36,449 nucleotides of DNA from Pseudolabrys sp. (GCA_036559505.1 DATBTA010000306.1:1-36449); one strand, 5' to 3'; shown: positions 26,906 through 36,449, numbered from the stretch's first letter. Notes: generated by a model from the sequence alone, not told the origin. Numbers and translations: made by a program.

Positions 26906-29392
26906 GTGAAGGCAATCGCTGTGGCAGCAAAATTCGACGCATCTTTACCGATCGACGCGGCGCTCCCGGCGCTGAGGACTGCGCTCGCCGACCGCAATGC
27001 TGCGGTGCTGGTTGCTCCGCCCGGCGCCGGCAAGACCACGCGCGTGCCGCTGGTCCTGCTCGAGGAATCATGGGCAGAGGATAAGAAGATTCTCGTCCTG
27101 GAGCCGCGCAGGCTGGCGGCGCGTGCTGCGGCCGCCCGCATGGCGGCGACCCTCGGCGAGCAGGTCGGCGACATCGTCGGCCTGCGCGTGCGGTTCGGCT
27201 CGCGAGTCACGAAGCGAACGCGGATCGAGGTGGTGACCGAAGGCATTTTCACGCGCCTTGTGATCGACGATCCGTTGCTCGAAGGCGTTGCTGCGGTGCT
27301 GTTCGACGAATTTCACGAGCGCTCGCTGGATGCCGATCTCGGCCTCGCGTTGGCGCGCGACGCGCAGCAGGCGCTGCGGCCCGACCTCAAGCTGCTGATC
27401 ATGTCGGCCACGCTCGACGGCGCGCAGGTCGCAGCGCTGCTAGGTGATGCGCCGGCGATCGAAAGCGAAGGCCGGGCCTTTCCGGTGGAGACCCGCTATC
27501 TCGGCCGCGATCCGCGTGCTCCAATCGAGCGGCAAGTTACGGAAGCCGTCGAGCGCGCATTGCGGGCGGAGACGGGGTCACTCCTGGTGTTCCTTCCGGG
27601 CGCCGGTGAAATCCGCCGCACAGAGTTGCTGCTGAAAGAACGCATCAGTGACCCTACCGTCGATATCGTTGCGCTTTACGGTGCACTCGATGCGCGCGAG
27701 CAGGATCGTGCCATCTCGCCCTCGCCGCCGGGACGGCGCAAGGTGGTGCTGGCGACATCGATTGCCGAAACCTCGCTGACCATCGAGGGCGTTCGGGTCG
27801 TCATCGACAGCGGACTATCGCGCGTGCCGCGTTACGAGCCCGATGTCGGCATAACAAGACTGGAGACCGTACGGGTATCACGTGCCGCAGCCGATCAGCG
27901 GCGCGGTCGGGCAGGGCGCGTGGAACCGGGCGTATGCTACCGGCTTTGGGACGCGCCGCAGACCGCTTCGCTTGAGGCCTACACGCGCCCGGAAATACTA
28001 TCCGCGGACCTGTCTTCGTTCGTGCTCGACCTGGCGCAATGGGGCGTAAGCGATCCCGGCAAGCTTGCGTTTCTCGATCCTCCTCCACGAGCCGCGCTTT
28101 CAGAGGCCAAGACGTTGCTTGCCGAGCTTGGCGCGATCGATGACGGCGATCGCATAACAGAAGAAGGCCGCAAGCTGCGCGCGCTTCCATTGCCGCCGCG
28201 GCTTGCGCGCATGGTCGTCGATGCGGCGGCCGAAGGCGCCGGAGAGTTGGCTGCCGGCATCGCCGTGGTGGTCACCGAACGAGGCCTCGGGGGCGATGAC
28301 ATCGATTTACGTCATCGGCTCGATAATTTTCGCCGCGACCGGTCGAAGCGCGGGGACGATGCGCGGGCAATGGTGAGGCGGTGGGCTGAAACGGCCGGCG
28401 GCAAGGCCGCGGCCAGCGAGCATTCTCCCGGCTCGCTGCTCGCCCTGGCCTATCCTGACCGCATCGCGAAAAATCGCGGCGGCGGCAATGGCAGCTTTCT
28501 CCTTGCCAATGGCCGTGGCGGCAACGTCGATCCGGCGTCACCGCTCGCGCGCGAACCCTATCTGGCGGTTGCTGAGCTCACGGGCGCGGCAGCTGCGAGT
28601 CGCGTCGTCCTGGCAGCCGCCATCACCCCTGGCGAGATCGAAGTGCAGTTCGCGGGGCAAATCGAAGAGGACGAAGCGGTCACGTTTGAAGCAGCATCGG
28701 CATCGCTTCGCGCGCGCCGCATCAGGAAACTTGGCGCGCTGATTTTGAGCGAACGGACGCTGCCGGTTGCGCCCGGTGCCGAGGCCACAAAGCGGCTCGC
28801 CGAGGGAATCGCCGGCATGGGAATGACCAAGTTGCCGTGGAGCAAGGCGCAGCTGCAATTCCGCAATCGCGTGAATTTCCTGCGCAGGGCCGAAGGCGGT
28901 GAGTGGCCCGACTTGTCCGACCACGCGCTCGCGCGCACAGCTGCGGACTGGCTTGCTCCGTTTCTCGACGGGAAAACCACACTCTCGCAAGTTGGCGCGG
29001 ACGACCTCGCCGCGGCACTCGATGTCCTGGTCGCGTGGAATTTGCGTCAACGCCTCGACACGGAGGCGCCTACGCACTTCACAGCGCCGTCCGGTTCGAA
29101 CGTGCCGATCGACTACGAAGGGGAAGAAGGACCCAAGCTTGCTATCCGCGTGCAGGAACTGTTCGGGCTCGCCGTGCACCCGGTCATTGCGCGGGGGCGT
29201 GTGCCGTTGCTGATCGAGCTGCTTTCGCCTGCGCATCGTCCGGTTCAGGTCACGCGCGACCTGCCTGGCTTCTGGCGCGGCAGCTATAAGGATGTTCGGT
29301 CCGACCTGCGGGGCCGCTATCCCAAGCATCCTTGGCCAGACGATCCGCTGACCGCGCCGGCGACGCGGCGCGCAAAGCCGCGCGGTGGCTGA
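26906..29392 (+). CDS. hrpB: ATP-dependent RNA helicase HrpB
   Basis: APPGAGKTT, DEFHERS, MSATL, ATSIAETSLTI, QRRGRAGR and C-terminal LLSPAHRPVQVTRDLPGFW...GRYPKHPWP. Confidence 0.95.
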   Translation: MKAIAVAAKFDASLPIDAALPALRTALADRNAAVLVAPPGAGKTTRVPLVLLEESWAEDKKILVLEPRRLAARAAAARMAATLGEQVGDIVGLRVRFGSRVTKRTRIEVVTEGIFTRLVIDDPLLEGVAAVLFDEFHERSLDADLGLALARDAQQALRPDLKLLIMSATLDGAQVAALLGDAPAIESEGRAFPVETRYLGRDPRAPIERQVTEAVERALRAETGSLLVFLPGAGEIRRTELLLKERISDPTVDIVALYGALDAREQDRAISPSPPGRRKVVLATSIAETSLTIEGVRVVIDSGLSRVPRYEPDVGITRLETVRVSRAAADQRRGRAGRVEPGVCYRLWDAPQTASLEAYTRPEILSADLSSFVLDLAQWGVSDPGKLAFLDPPPRAALSEAKTLLAELGAIDDGDRITEEGRKLRALPLPPRLARMVVDAAAEGAGELAAGIAVVVTERGLGGDDIDLRHRLDNFRRDRSKRGDDARAMVRRWAETAGGKAAASEHSPGSLLALAYPDRIAKNRGGGNGSFLLANGRGGNVDPASPLAREPYLAVAELTGAAAASRVVLAAAITPGEIEVQFAGQIEEDEAVTFEAASASLRARRIRKLGALILSERTLPVAPGAEATKRLAEGIAGMGMTKLPWSKAQLQFRNRVNFLRRAEGGEWPDLSDHALARTAADWLAPFLDGKTTLSQVGADDLAAALDVLVAWNLRQRLDTEAPTHFTAPSGSNVPIDYEGEEGPKLAIRVQELFGLAVHPVIARGRVPLLIELLSPAHRPVQVTRDLPGFWRGSYKDVRSDLRGRYPKHPWPDDPLTAPATRRAKPRGG

Positions 29393-29468
29393 ATATTAGA
29401 TTCAATTGTCTGCAATCGGCTAACGGGCGGCTGACCATGGGCAAACGGCGGTAAGGCGCGCCTGTCCC

Positions 29469-29484
29469 GTTAAGCTCCCCTTGA
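29469..29484 (-). promoter_or_regulatory. CtrA-box-like site upstream of the aspartic protease
   Basis: The minus strand reads TCAA-N7-TTAAC, 1 mismatch from TTAA-N7-TTAAC. Confidence 0.45.
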
Positions 29485-29526
29485 GCCTGCTCAGGTAGTC
29501 TCGCGACCTGACTTTTGGATCCGGTC

Positions 29527-30042
29527 ATGCGCCAGCTCATGATCTTTGCCGTTGTTTTTGTCGTGCTCGGCGGTGTCGCCGCCCGCTACGCCGATCAGGC
29601 GGTCTCGTCTCCGCCGCCGCAGGCTGCGGTGGTGCAGCCCGCTTACGAGCCGCGCGAACCGACGACGTCAGGGCGCAGCCTGATGCTTGAAGCGGATCGT
29701 CTCGGCCACTTCCAGGTTGAGGCCAGGATCGACGGTCGAAGCGTCGACTTCATTATCGACACCGGCGCCTCGCTCGTCGTGCTGCGCGAATCGGATGCCG
29801 CGCGGGTCGGGATTCGTCCGCGGCCGAGCGACTACACGGCGACTGCGATAACGGCCAATGGAAAGATCAAGGCGGCGCGCGCCACGATCGACCGTATCGA
29901 GCTCGGCGGTATTACTGTCTATGACGTGCCTGCCATGGTGCTTCCCGACGAGGCGCTCGCAAAAAACCTGCTCGGCGTGTCCTTCCTGTCCCGGCTCAAA
30001 CGCTACGAATATGCCAATGGACGTATAGTCCTCGAGCAGTAG
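29527..30042 (+). CDS. Clan AA (retropepsin-like, TIGR02281/PerP-like) aspartic protease with N-terminal membrane anchor
   Basis: GHF...IDG, catalytic FIIDTGAS, TANG and NLLGVSFLSRL. Confidence 0.9.
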   Translation: MRQLMIFAVVFVVLGGVAARYADQAVSSPPPQAAVVQPAYEPREPTTSGRSLMLEADRLGHFQVEARIDGRSVDFIIDTGASLVVLRESDAARVGIRPRPSDYTATAITANGKIKAARATIDRIELGGITVYDVPAMVLPDEALAKNLLGVSFLSRLKRYEYANGRIVLEQ

Positions 30043-30142
30043 GCGAGACTTCTTCACTTCCAACTGCGTGTTATTCCGATGGAGCGCTTTGCTGCGCTGC
30101 GGCGTTAGGGTATTGGATTCTCCCACCCTGTTTGAGGACCTG

Positions 30143-31642
30143 ATGTTTCCAACGCCGAAACCTGCGCTGACGCCGAATACCTATGCCTATGAATCCACGC
30201 CGCTCGTGAAGCCGACGGGCTTCCGCGAATATGACGCGCGTTGGCTTCTGGAAAAGGAAATCAACCTGATGGGTGTGCAGGCGTTGGGGCTAGGCCTCGG
30301 CACGCTCATTCGCGAACTAAACGTGAAGCCTGAAATCGTCACCGGTCACGATTTCCGCAGCTATTCGTCGTCGGTGAAGATGGCGCTGGTGTCGGGCCTG
30401 ATGGCTTCGGGTTGCAAGGTCTACGACATTGGCCTGGCGATCACGCCGATGGCCTACTTCGCGCAGTTCGAGCTCAACGTGGCGTGCGTTGCGATGGTTA
30501 CGGCCTCGCACAACGACAACGGCTGGACCGGCGTGAAGATGGGCGCCAATCGGCCGCTCACCTTCGGCCCAGTGGAGATGAAACGCCTCAAGGAAATCGT
30601 GCTTGGCGCGAAATTCGACTTCAAGACGGGCGGGAGCTACGAATTTGTGGAGAATTTTCCCGAGCGGTACATTGCCGATCTTACCAAGCGGCCGAAGCTC
30701 AAGCGAAAGCTCAAGGTGGTCGCGGCCTGCGGCAACGGCACGGCGGGAGCCTTTGCGCCGCGAATCCTGCAGGCTGTCGGCTGCGAAGTCGTGCCGCTCG
30801 ATTGCAATCTCGATCATACGTTCCCGCGCTACAATCCCAACACCGAAGACATGAAGATGCTGCACGCGATGCGCGACGCGGTGCTGGTCAACCGCGCCGA
30901 TGTTGCGCTCGGTTTTGACGGCGATGGCGACCGCTGCGGCGTCGTTGACAATGAAGGTGAGGAAATCTTCGCCGACAAGGTCGGCGTGATGCTCGCCCGC
31001 GACATGTCGACAATGCACCGCAACACCACTTTCGTCGTGGACGTGAAATCGACTGGCCTGTTCCTGACGGATCCGGTGCTGAAGGCGAACGGCGTGAAGG
31101 TTGACTATTGGAAGACGGGGCATTCCTACATCAAGCGGCGCGTCAACGAGCTCGGTGCAATCGCCGGATTCGAAAAGTCCGGCCACTTCTTCTTCAACAA
31201 GCCGTTTGGCCGTGGTTACGATGACGGCATGATCTTCGCGTTGGCGGTGTGCGACATGCTCGATCGCAATCCGGGAAAAACCATGGCCGACCTGCGTAAG
31301 GCTTTGCCGAAGACATGGGGCTCGCCGACCATGGCGCCGCATTGCGACGACGAGAAGAAATATGCGGTTGTCGATTCCGTCGTGAAGCAGTTCGAAGCCG
31401 CCAAGGCCGACGGCACGAAAGTTGCGGGCCAGGCGATCCGCGAGCTGGTCACCGTCAACGGCGTGCGCGTGACCGTCGAGGACGGCACCTGGGGGTTGGT
31501 GCGCGCGTCGTCCAACAAGCCGGAGCTGGTGGTCGTTGTCGAAAGCCCGGTGTCCGAGCAGCGCATGCGCGACATGTTCAAGGCGGTCGACGACGTGTTG
31601 CGCACGCATCCGGAAGTCGGCGCATACAATCAGACGATTTGA
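30143..31642 (+). CDS. Phosphomannomutase/phosphoglucomutase (alpha-D-phosphohexomutase)
   Basis: FREYDAR, VTASHN (phospho-Ser), FDGDGDR (metal loop), FEKSGH and VRASSN. ATG 30143 follows GAGGA. Confidence 0.93.
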   Translation: MFPTPKPALTPNTYAYESTPLVKPTGFREYDARWLLEKEINLMGVQALGLGLGTLIRELNVKPEIVTGHDFRSYSSSVKMALVSGLMASGCKVYDIGLAITPMAYFAQFELNVACVAMVTASHNDNGWTGVKMGANRPLTFGPVEMKRLKEIVLGAKFDFKTGGSYEFVENFPERYIADLTKRPKLKRKLKVVAACGNGTAGAFAPRILQAVGCEVVPLDCNLDHTFPRYNPNTEDMKMLHAMRDAVLVNRADVALGFDGDGDRCGVVDNEGEEIFADKVGVMLARDMSTMHRNTTFVVDVKSTGLFLTDPVLKANGVKVDYWKTGHSYIKRRVNELGAIAGFEKSGHFFFNKPFGRGYDDGMIFALAVCDMLDRNPGKTMADLRKALPKTWGSPTMAPHCDDEKKYAVVDSVVKQFEAAKADGTKVAGQAIRELVTVNGVRVTVEDGTWGLVRASSNKPELVVVVESPVSEQRMRDMFKAVDDVLRTHPEVGAYNQTI

Positions 31643-31689
31643 GCAACGTTGCCGCTTTCGTCGGGGCGGACCCTCTGCGACACTGAGCC

Positions 31690-32844
31690 ATGCGCATTGC
31701 CATCCTCGGAGCGGGTCCCGCCGGTCTCTATCTCGCCTATCTGATCAAGCGGCGGCAGCCCGGCGCCGACGTCAACGTGTTCGAGCAGAACGCCGCCAAC
31801 GCCACCTTCGGCTTCGGCGTTGTATTTTCCGACAAAGCGCTGGACTTTCTGCGCGAGGACGATCCACAGACCCACGCGGCCATCGCGCCGCACATGGAAA
31901 CATGGAACGACATCACGCTCGTGCATCGTGGCGAGCGCGTCGTGATCGATGGTGTCGGCTTTGCGGCCATCGGCCGACTGAAGCTGCTGGAGTTGTTGCA
32001 GGCGAGGGTGGCCTCGGTAGGAGTTAAGCCGGTCTATCGGCGTGCAGTCCAAAGCCTCGATGATCTGGGCAAAGCCGATCTCATTGTCGGCGCCGACGGC
32101 GTCAATTCATTGGTGCGCCGCAGCCATGCGGGCGAACTCGGGTCGACGGTTCGCCTGATGACAAACCGCTTCGCCTGGTTCGGCACCACCCGGCATTTCG
32201 AGACATTGACGCAGACATTCATCGAGACCGAGCTCGGTTGCTTTAACGCGCATCACTACAGATACGCGCCGGAGCTGAGCACGTTCATCGTTGAGGTCGA
32301 TGAGGCCACCTTCTCGCGCGTCGGTCTTGCGCGATTGGAAGAGGCCGAAGGCAGACGTCTTTGTGAAAAAGTTTTTGCGACCACCCTCGACGGTCATTCA
32401 TTGATTTCGAACAACTCGATCTGGCGGCAATTCCCAATCGTGCATAACGAAAAGTGGTCGGCGCGCAACTGCGTGCTTGTCGGGGACGCGTTGCATACCG
32501 CACATTTCTCGATTGGTTCCGGGACCAGGCTCGCGATGGAGGATGCGATCGCGCTTGATAAGGCGTTGGGGGGCAGCGCGAACAATATTCCCGCTGCATT
32601 GCAGGGGTTTGAAGCCGCACGGCGGCCCATCCTTGAAAAGCTGGTCGCCGGAGCCAACGGCAGCGCGACCTGGTACGAGCGATTTGCGGAGCACATGCAG
32701 CTTGCGCCGGTCGATTTCGCCATGAGCTATATTACGCGCTCCGGCCGCATCGATCTTGACCGCTTACGCAAGCTTTCGCCGCGCTTTGTTGAGCGTTTCG
32801 AACGAACGCGGAGTCCCGAACCGCCGCAGGTTAACAATTCATAA
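31690..32844 (+). CDS. FAD-dependent monooxygenase resembling the N-terminal module of anthraniloyl-/salicylyl-CoA monooxygenases
   Basis: GAGPAG, TFGFGVVFSD, GADGVNS and GDALHTAHFSIGSGTRLAMEDA. Confidence 0.85.
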   Translation: MRIAILGAGPAGLYLAYLIKRRQPGADVNVFEQNAANATFGFGVVFSDKALDFLREDDPQTHAAIAPHMETWNDITLVHRGERVVIDGVGFAAIGRLKLLELLQARVASVGVKPVYRRAVQSLDDLGKADLIVGADGVNSLVRRSHAGELGSTVRLMTNRFAWFGTTRHFETLTQTFIETELGCFNAHHYRYAPELSTFIVEVDEATFSRVGLARLEEAEGRRLCEKVFATTLDGHSLISNNSIWRQFPIVHNEKWSARNCVLVGDALHTAHFSIGSGTRLAMEDAIALDKALGGSANNIPAALQGFEAARRPILEKLVAGANGSATWYERFAEHMQLAPVDFAMSYITRSGRIDLDRLRKLSPRFVERFERTRSPEPPQVNNS

Positions 32845-32845
32845 A
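32830..32845 (-). promoter_or_regulatory. CtrA-box-like site upstream of the chemoreceptor gene
   Basis: The minus strand reads TTTA-N7-TTAAC (1 mismatch) and overlaps the monooxygenase stop codon. Confidence 0.5.
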
Positions 32846-32871
32846 AGCTTGCGACCCTATAAGGTCGGACC

Positions 32872-34248
32872 TTGGGGGCGGGTCGGGCCTTGGATTATCT
32901 TTCCGCACAGAACCTCCAGACATATGCCTTGGCAGCCATCGTCGGTTTAGCCGCGACGGCAGCTGCAATGTTTTGGCACCGGTGGCGAAGCGGCGGCCGG
33001 GGCGACGGCGCACTTCTGTCAATGGTTCTCAACAATATGACGCAAGGTGTTGTTCTGTTCGACGCGCACGAGCGCGTTCTTGTCGTCAATGATCGCTACG
33101 TCGAAATGTACCGACTGTCGCCGGGAGTCGTGAAGCCCGGCTGCACGCTTATGGAATTGATCCAAAACCGCATCACGACCGGAAGCCTCAATATCGATCC
33201 TGAAAAATATCGCGCGGAGATCATGACGGCGGTTCGCGATGGTGCTGTGATGAATCGCATCGTCGAGACGCCCGACGGGCGTGCCGTCCTGGTGGTCAAT
33301 CGGCCAATCCAGAATGGCAAGTACTGGATCGGAACGCATGACGACATCACCGAGCGTATTCAGGCCGAAAGAAAAAGCGCCGCGATGTCGGAGCAGGAAC
33401 GCCGCCGTGTGACGATCGAAACCGAAATCCGCGCGTTCCGCGAGAGCGTTGCGGCCGTGCTGCGCACCGTATCCGAAAGCACCGCCGCGCTTAACTCGAT
33501 CGCTGGCGCGCTGTCGAATTCATCTGGGCTCACATCGGATCGCGCTGCCAGCGCTGTGCAGACGACGAACGAAGCCTCCGCAAACATGATCGCCGCTGCC
33601 GGCGCCACCGAGGAGCTGATCGCGTCTATCGGCGAAATCGGGCGCCAAATCAGCCAGGCCGCGGAAGTCGCCTCGCATTCCGTTGCCGAGGCGCAGACGA
33701 CCAACGAGCATATGGCTCGCCTCACCGAGACCGTTCAGGAGATAGGCGAGGTCGTCAGCCTGATCCGCAACATCGCGGAACAGACGAATCTGCTGGCGCT
33801 CAACGCCACAATCGAAGCCGCGCGTGCGGGCGAGGCCGGCCGCGGCTTCGCGGTCGTCGCGTCCGAAGTCAAATCGCTTGCCGTGCAGACCGCGAAGGCG
33901 ACCGAACAAATCGCCAGCCAGATCGAGGCAGTGCAGAACTCGACGCGGGTAGCCGTCGATGCGATCCGCCGCAATTCCGTTCGGATGCGCGAAATTGACG
34001 GCTACACCTCAGCCGTGGCGTTGTCGCTGCAGCAGCAAGACAGCGCAACCGATGAGATCTCGCATAACGTGGCGAGTGCCGCGAACGGGGCCAAGGGCAT
34101 GGTCTCTGTCCTCGAGGAAGTCACGCGGGCGGTCGGGGACACGCGCAGCGCGGCAGGCAGGGTGCTGCAAGCGTCGGAAACCGTCGAAGCCGCGGCAACC
34201 AGCCTCCAACGTGGCATCGAAGGGTTCCTCGGCCGCGTCGCAGTGTGA
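32872..34248 (+). CDS. Methyl-accepting chemotaxis protein with a single N-terminal TM and a cytoplasmic PAS domain
   Basis: [33 protein letters not shown]...THDDITER, and signalling tip [37 protein letters not shown]. The start may be TTG 32890. Confidence 0.9.
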   Translation: MGAGRALDYLSAQNLQTYALAAIVGLAATAAAMFWHRWRSGGRGDGALLSMVLNNMTQGVVLFDAHERVLVVNDRYVEMYRLSPGVVKPGCTLMELIQNRITTGSLNIDPEKYRAEIMTAVRDGAVMNRIVETPDGRAVLVVNRPIQNGKYWIGTHDDITERIQAERKSAAMSEQERRRVTIETEIRAFRESVAAVLRTVSESTAALNSIAGALSNSSGLTSDRAASAVQTTNEASANMIAAAGATEELIASIGEIGRQISQAAEVASHSVAEAQTTNEHMARLTETVQEIGEVVSLIRNIAEQTNLLALNATIEAARAGEAGRGFAVVASEVKSLAVQTAKATEQIASQIEAVQNSTRVAVDAIRRNSVRMREIDGYTSAVALSLQQQDSATDEISHNVASAANGAKGMVSVLEEVTRAVGDTRSAAGRVLQASETVEAAATSLQRGIEGFLGRVAV

Positions 34249-34251
34249 CGC

Positions 34252-35109
34252 CTAGTCCTTCTCTTCCTTGAACGTCTCGCGGAAGGAATGCGCCGGGTAG
34301 ACGCCGAGCACCGTCAGTTCCTTGGAGAAGAAGGCGAGCTCCTCGAGCGCGAAGACCAGCGCGCGATCGTCGGGATGCCCTTCGACGTCAGCATAAAACT
34401 GCGTGGCGAAGAAGTTTCCGCCAACCATGTAGCTTTCGAGTTTCGTCATATTGACGCCGTTGGTCGCAAATCCGCCGAGTGCCTTGTAGAGCGCCGCTGG
34501 AACGTTGCGGACCCTGAAGACGAACGTCGTGACGACCTTGCCGAATCCCGGCTTGGCCCATTTCTTCTCGCGAGAAAGCACGATGAACCGGGTGGTCGAG
34601 TGCGACTCGTCCTCGACATTTTCCTTGAGGATGTCGAGTCCGTAGATCTCCGCCGCCAGCCGTGATGCTATCGCCGCGCGGCTCGGGTCCTTGGCCTCCG
34701 AGACCTCGCGCGCCGAGCCCGCGGTATCGGCGGCGACGACGGGCTTCAGCTTCAGCTCGCGGATGACATTCCGGCACTGGCCAAGCGCCATCACATGGCT
34801 CTGCACGGTCTTGATGGTCTTGAGGTTCGCGCCCTTTACGGCCATCAGCTGATTGCGGATCGGCAGAAACCATTCGGCGATGATGTGTAGCCCCGCGGTC
34901 GGCATCAGATGATGAATGTCGGCGACGCGCCCCGCGACGGAGTTCTCAATCGGGATCATGCCGAGATCCACATCGCCCGCTACGAGCGCGGCAAAGCAGT
35001 CCTCGAAGGTCGGGCAGGGTACTGGCTCGTGGTCCGGATAGGCCTCACGGCAGGCAAGATGCGAATTTGCCCCGGGCTCGCCCTGAAAAATGATCTTCTT
35101 CTTTGCCAT
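34252..35109 (-). CDS. pheA: Prephenate dehydratase
   Basis: FQGEPGANS, PIENSVAGRV, TTRF and ACT domain NMTKLESY. Confidence 0.95.
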   Translation of the reverse strand: MAKKKIIFQGEPGANSHLACREAYPDHEPVPCPTFEDCFAALVAGDVDLGMIPIENSVAGRVADIHHLMPTAGLHIIAEWFLPIRNQLMAVKGANLKTIKTVQSHVMALGQCRNVIRELKLKPVVAADTAGSAREVSEAKDPSRAAIASRLAAEIYGLDILKENVEDESHSTTRFIVLSREKKWAKPGFGKVVTTFVFRVRNVPAALYKALGGFATNGVNMTKLESYMVGGNFFATQFYADVEGHPDDRALVFALEELAFFSKELTVLGVYPAHSFRETFKEEKD

Positions 35110-35154
35110 GTCTCACCTTGTCGTGCGTTCCGTACGCAGACATTAGCGGTCGAG

Positions 35155-35883
35155 TCAACCGGCGAGCAGTTTGCGCGCCTTTTCCAAATCTTCCAGCGTA
35201 TCAACGCCGAGCGGTACGCTCTTCACGACCATCACATCGATGCGCATGCCGTTGTCCAACGCCCGTAACTGCTCCAACTTCTCACGGCGCTCTCCCGCCG
35301 ACGGCGGCAGCTTTACAAAGCGCTCGAGCGCCGCGCGGCGATAAGCATAAAGCCCGATGTGGTGATAGTGCGGTCCGGGACCCGTTGCATTTTCTCGGGT
35401 GAAGGTTGTGGCGTGAAGGTGCCCAGGCGCGATCTCGCGGCCGGAAACCTTGACGACGTTGGGATTTGTTCGCTCGTGCGGATCGGTAATGACTGCGGCT
35501 AGCGTCGCAATGTCGACGTTCCTATCGGCGAGCGGTTTCAGCGCGGCGCGAATATCGTCGGCGCCGACGGTCGGCAAATCTCCCTGAACATTGACGACGA
35601 TCTCGATACGGTGCTCGGGGTCAACGGCTTCGAGCGCCTCGTAAATGCGATCCGAGCCGGATTGATGATCGCTGCGCGTCATGACCGCGCGGCCCCCGGC
35701 TTTTTCCACCGCTGCGGCGACAGCTTCCGAATCGGTCGCGACGACGGCATCGCCGATTCCAGCGGCTTCGGCGCGGCGCAGGACGTGCACGATCATCGGG
35801 GCGCCGTGCAGGTCCGCCAATGGCTTGCCGGGCAAGCGAGTCGATGCAAGGCGTGCGGGGATGAGGATGATCGTGTCGGGCAT
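35155..35883 (-). CDS. kdsB: 3-deoxy-manno-octulosonate cytidylyltransferase
   Basis: [42 protein letters not shown] and GVDT. Start set at ATG 35883. Confidence 0.95.
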   Translation of the reverse strand: MPDTIILIPARLASTRLPGKPLADLHGAPMIVHVLRRAEAAGIGDAVVATDSEAVAAAVEKAGGRAVMTRSDHQSGSDRIYEALEAVDPEHRIEIVVNVQGDLPTVGADDIRAALKPLADRNVDIATLAAVITDPHERTNPNVVKVSGREIAPGHLHATTFTRENATGPGPHYHHIGLYAYRRAALERFVKLPPSAGERREKLEQLRALDNGMRIDVMVVKSVPLGVDTLEDLEKARKLLAG

Positions 35884-35935
35884 CGGGGTGCCGGGTGCCT
35901 GGGCACATGTACAAACGTCGAAAATGCCGCAGGCG

Positions 35936-35974
35936 CTTATACGGGTTGCCAGAGGCCAGGCAAACCGGTATCTC
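35936..35974. promoter_or_regulatory. Overlapping divergent promoter candidates for kdsB and cycM
   Basis: The plus strand has TTGCCA-N17-TATCTC (35946-35974); the minus strand has TTGCCT-N16-TATAAG (35963-35936). Confidence 0.45.
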
Positions 35975-36044
35975 ATCGCCGCCGCTGGGGCCCTGGCGGT
36001 ATCCGCTCCGCACAGTCACGCCCCGCTTCGGGAGCCGAATTTCG

Positions 36045-36449
36045 ATGAATTCCTTCGAACTGAACAAGATCCTTGGCGCCGTTCTCGGCACCTGCCTGAT
36101 TCTACTCGCACTCAATATCGGTGCTGGCGCCCTGTTCGCGCCGGAGAAGCCGGCCAAGCCTGGGTTCGATATTGCCGTCAAGGAGAGCGGCGGTGAGAAA
36201 GCCGGCGCGGCCAAGGAACCGGAGCAGCCGATCGAAACCCTTCTGGCAAAAGCGTCGGTGGAAAAAGGCCAGGCGACCGCGAAGCAATGCCTGGCGTGCC
36301 ACACGTTCGAGAAGGGCGGCCCCAATCGCGTCGGTCCCAATCTCTGGAATATCGTCGGGAGCGATCGCGGGGAAGGCCGCGGCGGCTTCAACTTCTCGGC
36401 CGCGATGAAGGGCAAAGGCGGAAAATGGACCTTCGAAGAGCTCAACAAG
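36045..36449 (+). CDS. cycM: Membrane-anchored class I cytochrome c, 3'-truncated by the window edge and absent from the ORF track
   Basis: Manual translation gives MNSFELNKILGAVLGTCLILLAL...AKQCLACHTFEKGGPNRVGPNL, with a CxxCH haem motif. GGGAG RBS upstream; divergent from kdsB as in rhizobia. Confidence 0.92.
   Translation, partial: MNSFELNKILGAVLGTCLILLALNIGAGALFAPEKPAKPGFDIAVKESGGEKAGAAKEPEQPIETLLAKASVEKGQATAKQCLACHTFEKGGPNRVGPNLWNIVGSDRGEGRGGFNFSAAMKGKGGKWTFEELNK

Noticed and set aside
26906-29392. Helicase as part of an anti-phage defence system
   Set aside because: It is canonical housekeeping HrpB with its typical C-terminus and has no partner nuclease or effector.
29527-30042. Retropepsin-like protease as a sign of a retroelement or prophage
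   Set aside because: No reverse transcriptase, integrase or phage genes are nearby; TIGR02281-type proteases are ordinary alphaproteobacterial genes.
35621-36448. 275-aa minus-strand ORF at the right edge
   Set aside because: It is a shadow of cycM on the plus strand (clear CxxCH) and an off-frame overlap of kdsB.

Overview
GC-rich, densely coding core-chromosome segment of an alphaproteobacterium of the Hyphomicrobiales; gene order and protein style suggest a Xanthobacteraceae/Nitrobacteraceae-like organism (inference). It holds 29 CDS: a partial GMC oxidoreductase, a Yip1 protein, an orphan AceE-like ThDP enzyme, mepA, lepA, the conserved ahcY-HPr-EIIA(Man)-hprK-chvG-chvI-(HugZ-like)-pckA cluster, a Spy/CpxP-like secreted protein with a long low-complexity region, a lytic transglycosylase, ArsB/NhaD and ChaA transporters, a Rid protein, polA, ugd, hrpB, a clan AA aspartic protease, a phosphohexomutase, an FAD monooxygenase, a PAS chemoreceptor, pheA, kdsB and a partial membrane cytochrome c (cycM) that the ORF track misses. 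I see no rRNA, tRNA, CRISPR array, transposase, prophage or defence system, and I cannot support a new multi-gene system here. The best leads are regulatory and motif-level: a SahR-type operator at ahcY, PhaR-like boxes at the PTS/pckA/phosphohexomutase promoters, three apparently leaderless genes (mepA, lepA, polA), CtrA-like boxes, a PolA with a degenerate ExoI motif, a PckA signature variant, the orphan E1-like enzyme, and the sticker/spacer-like Spy/CpxP protein. All family assignments and consensus motifs come from recognition and recall, not database searches.
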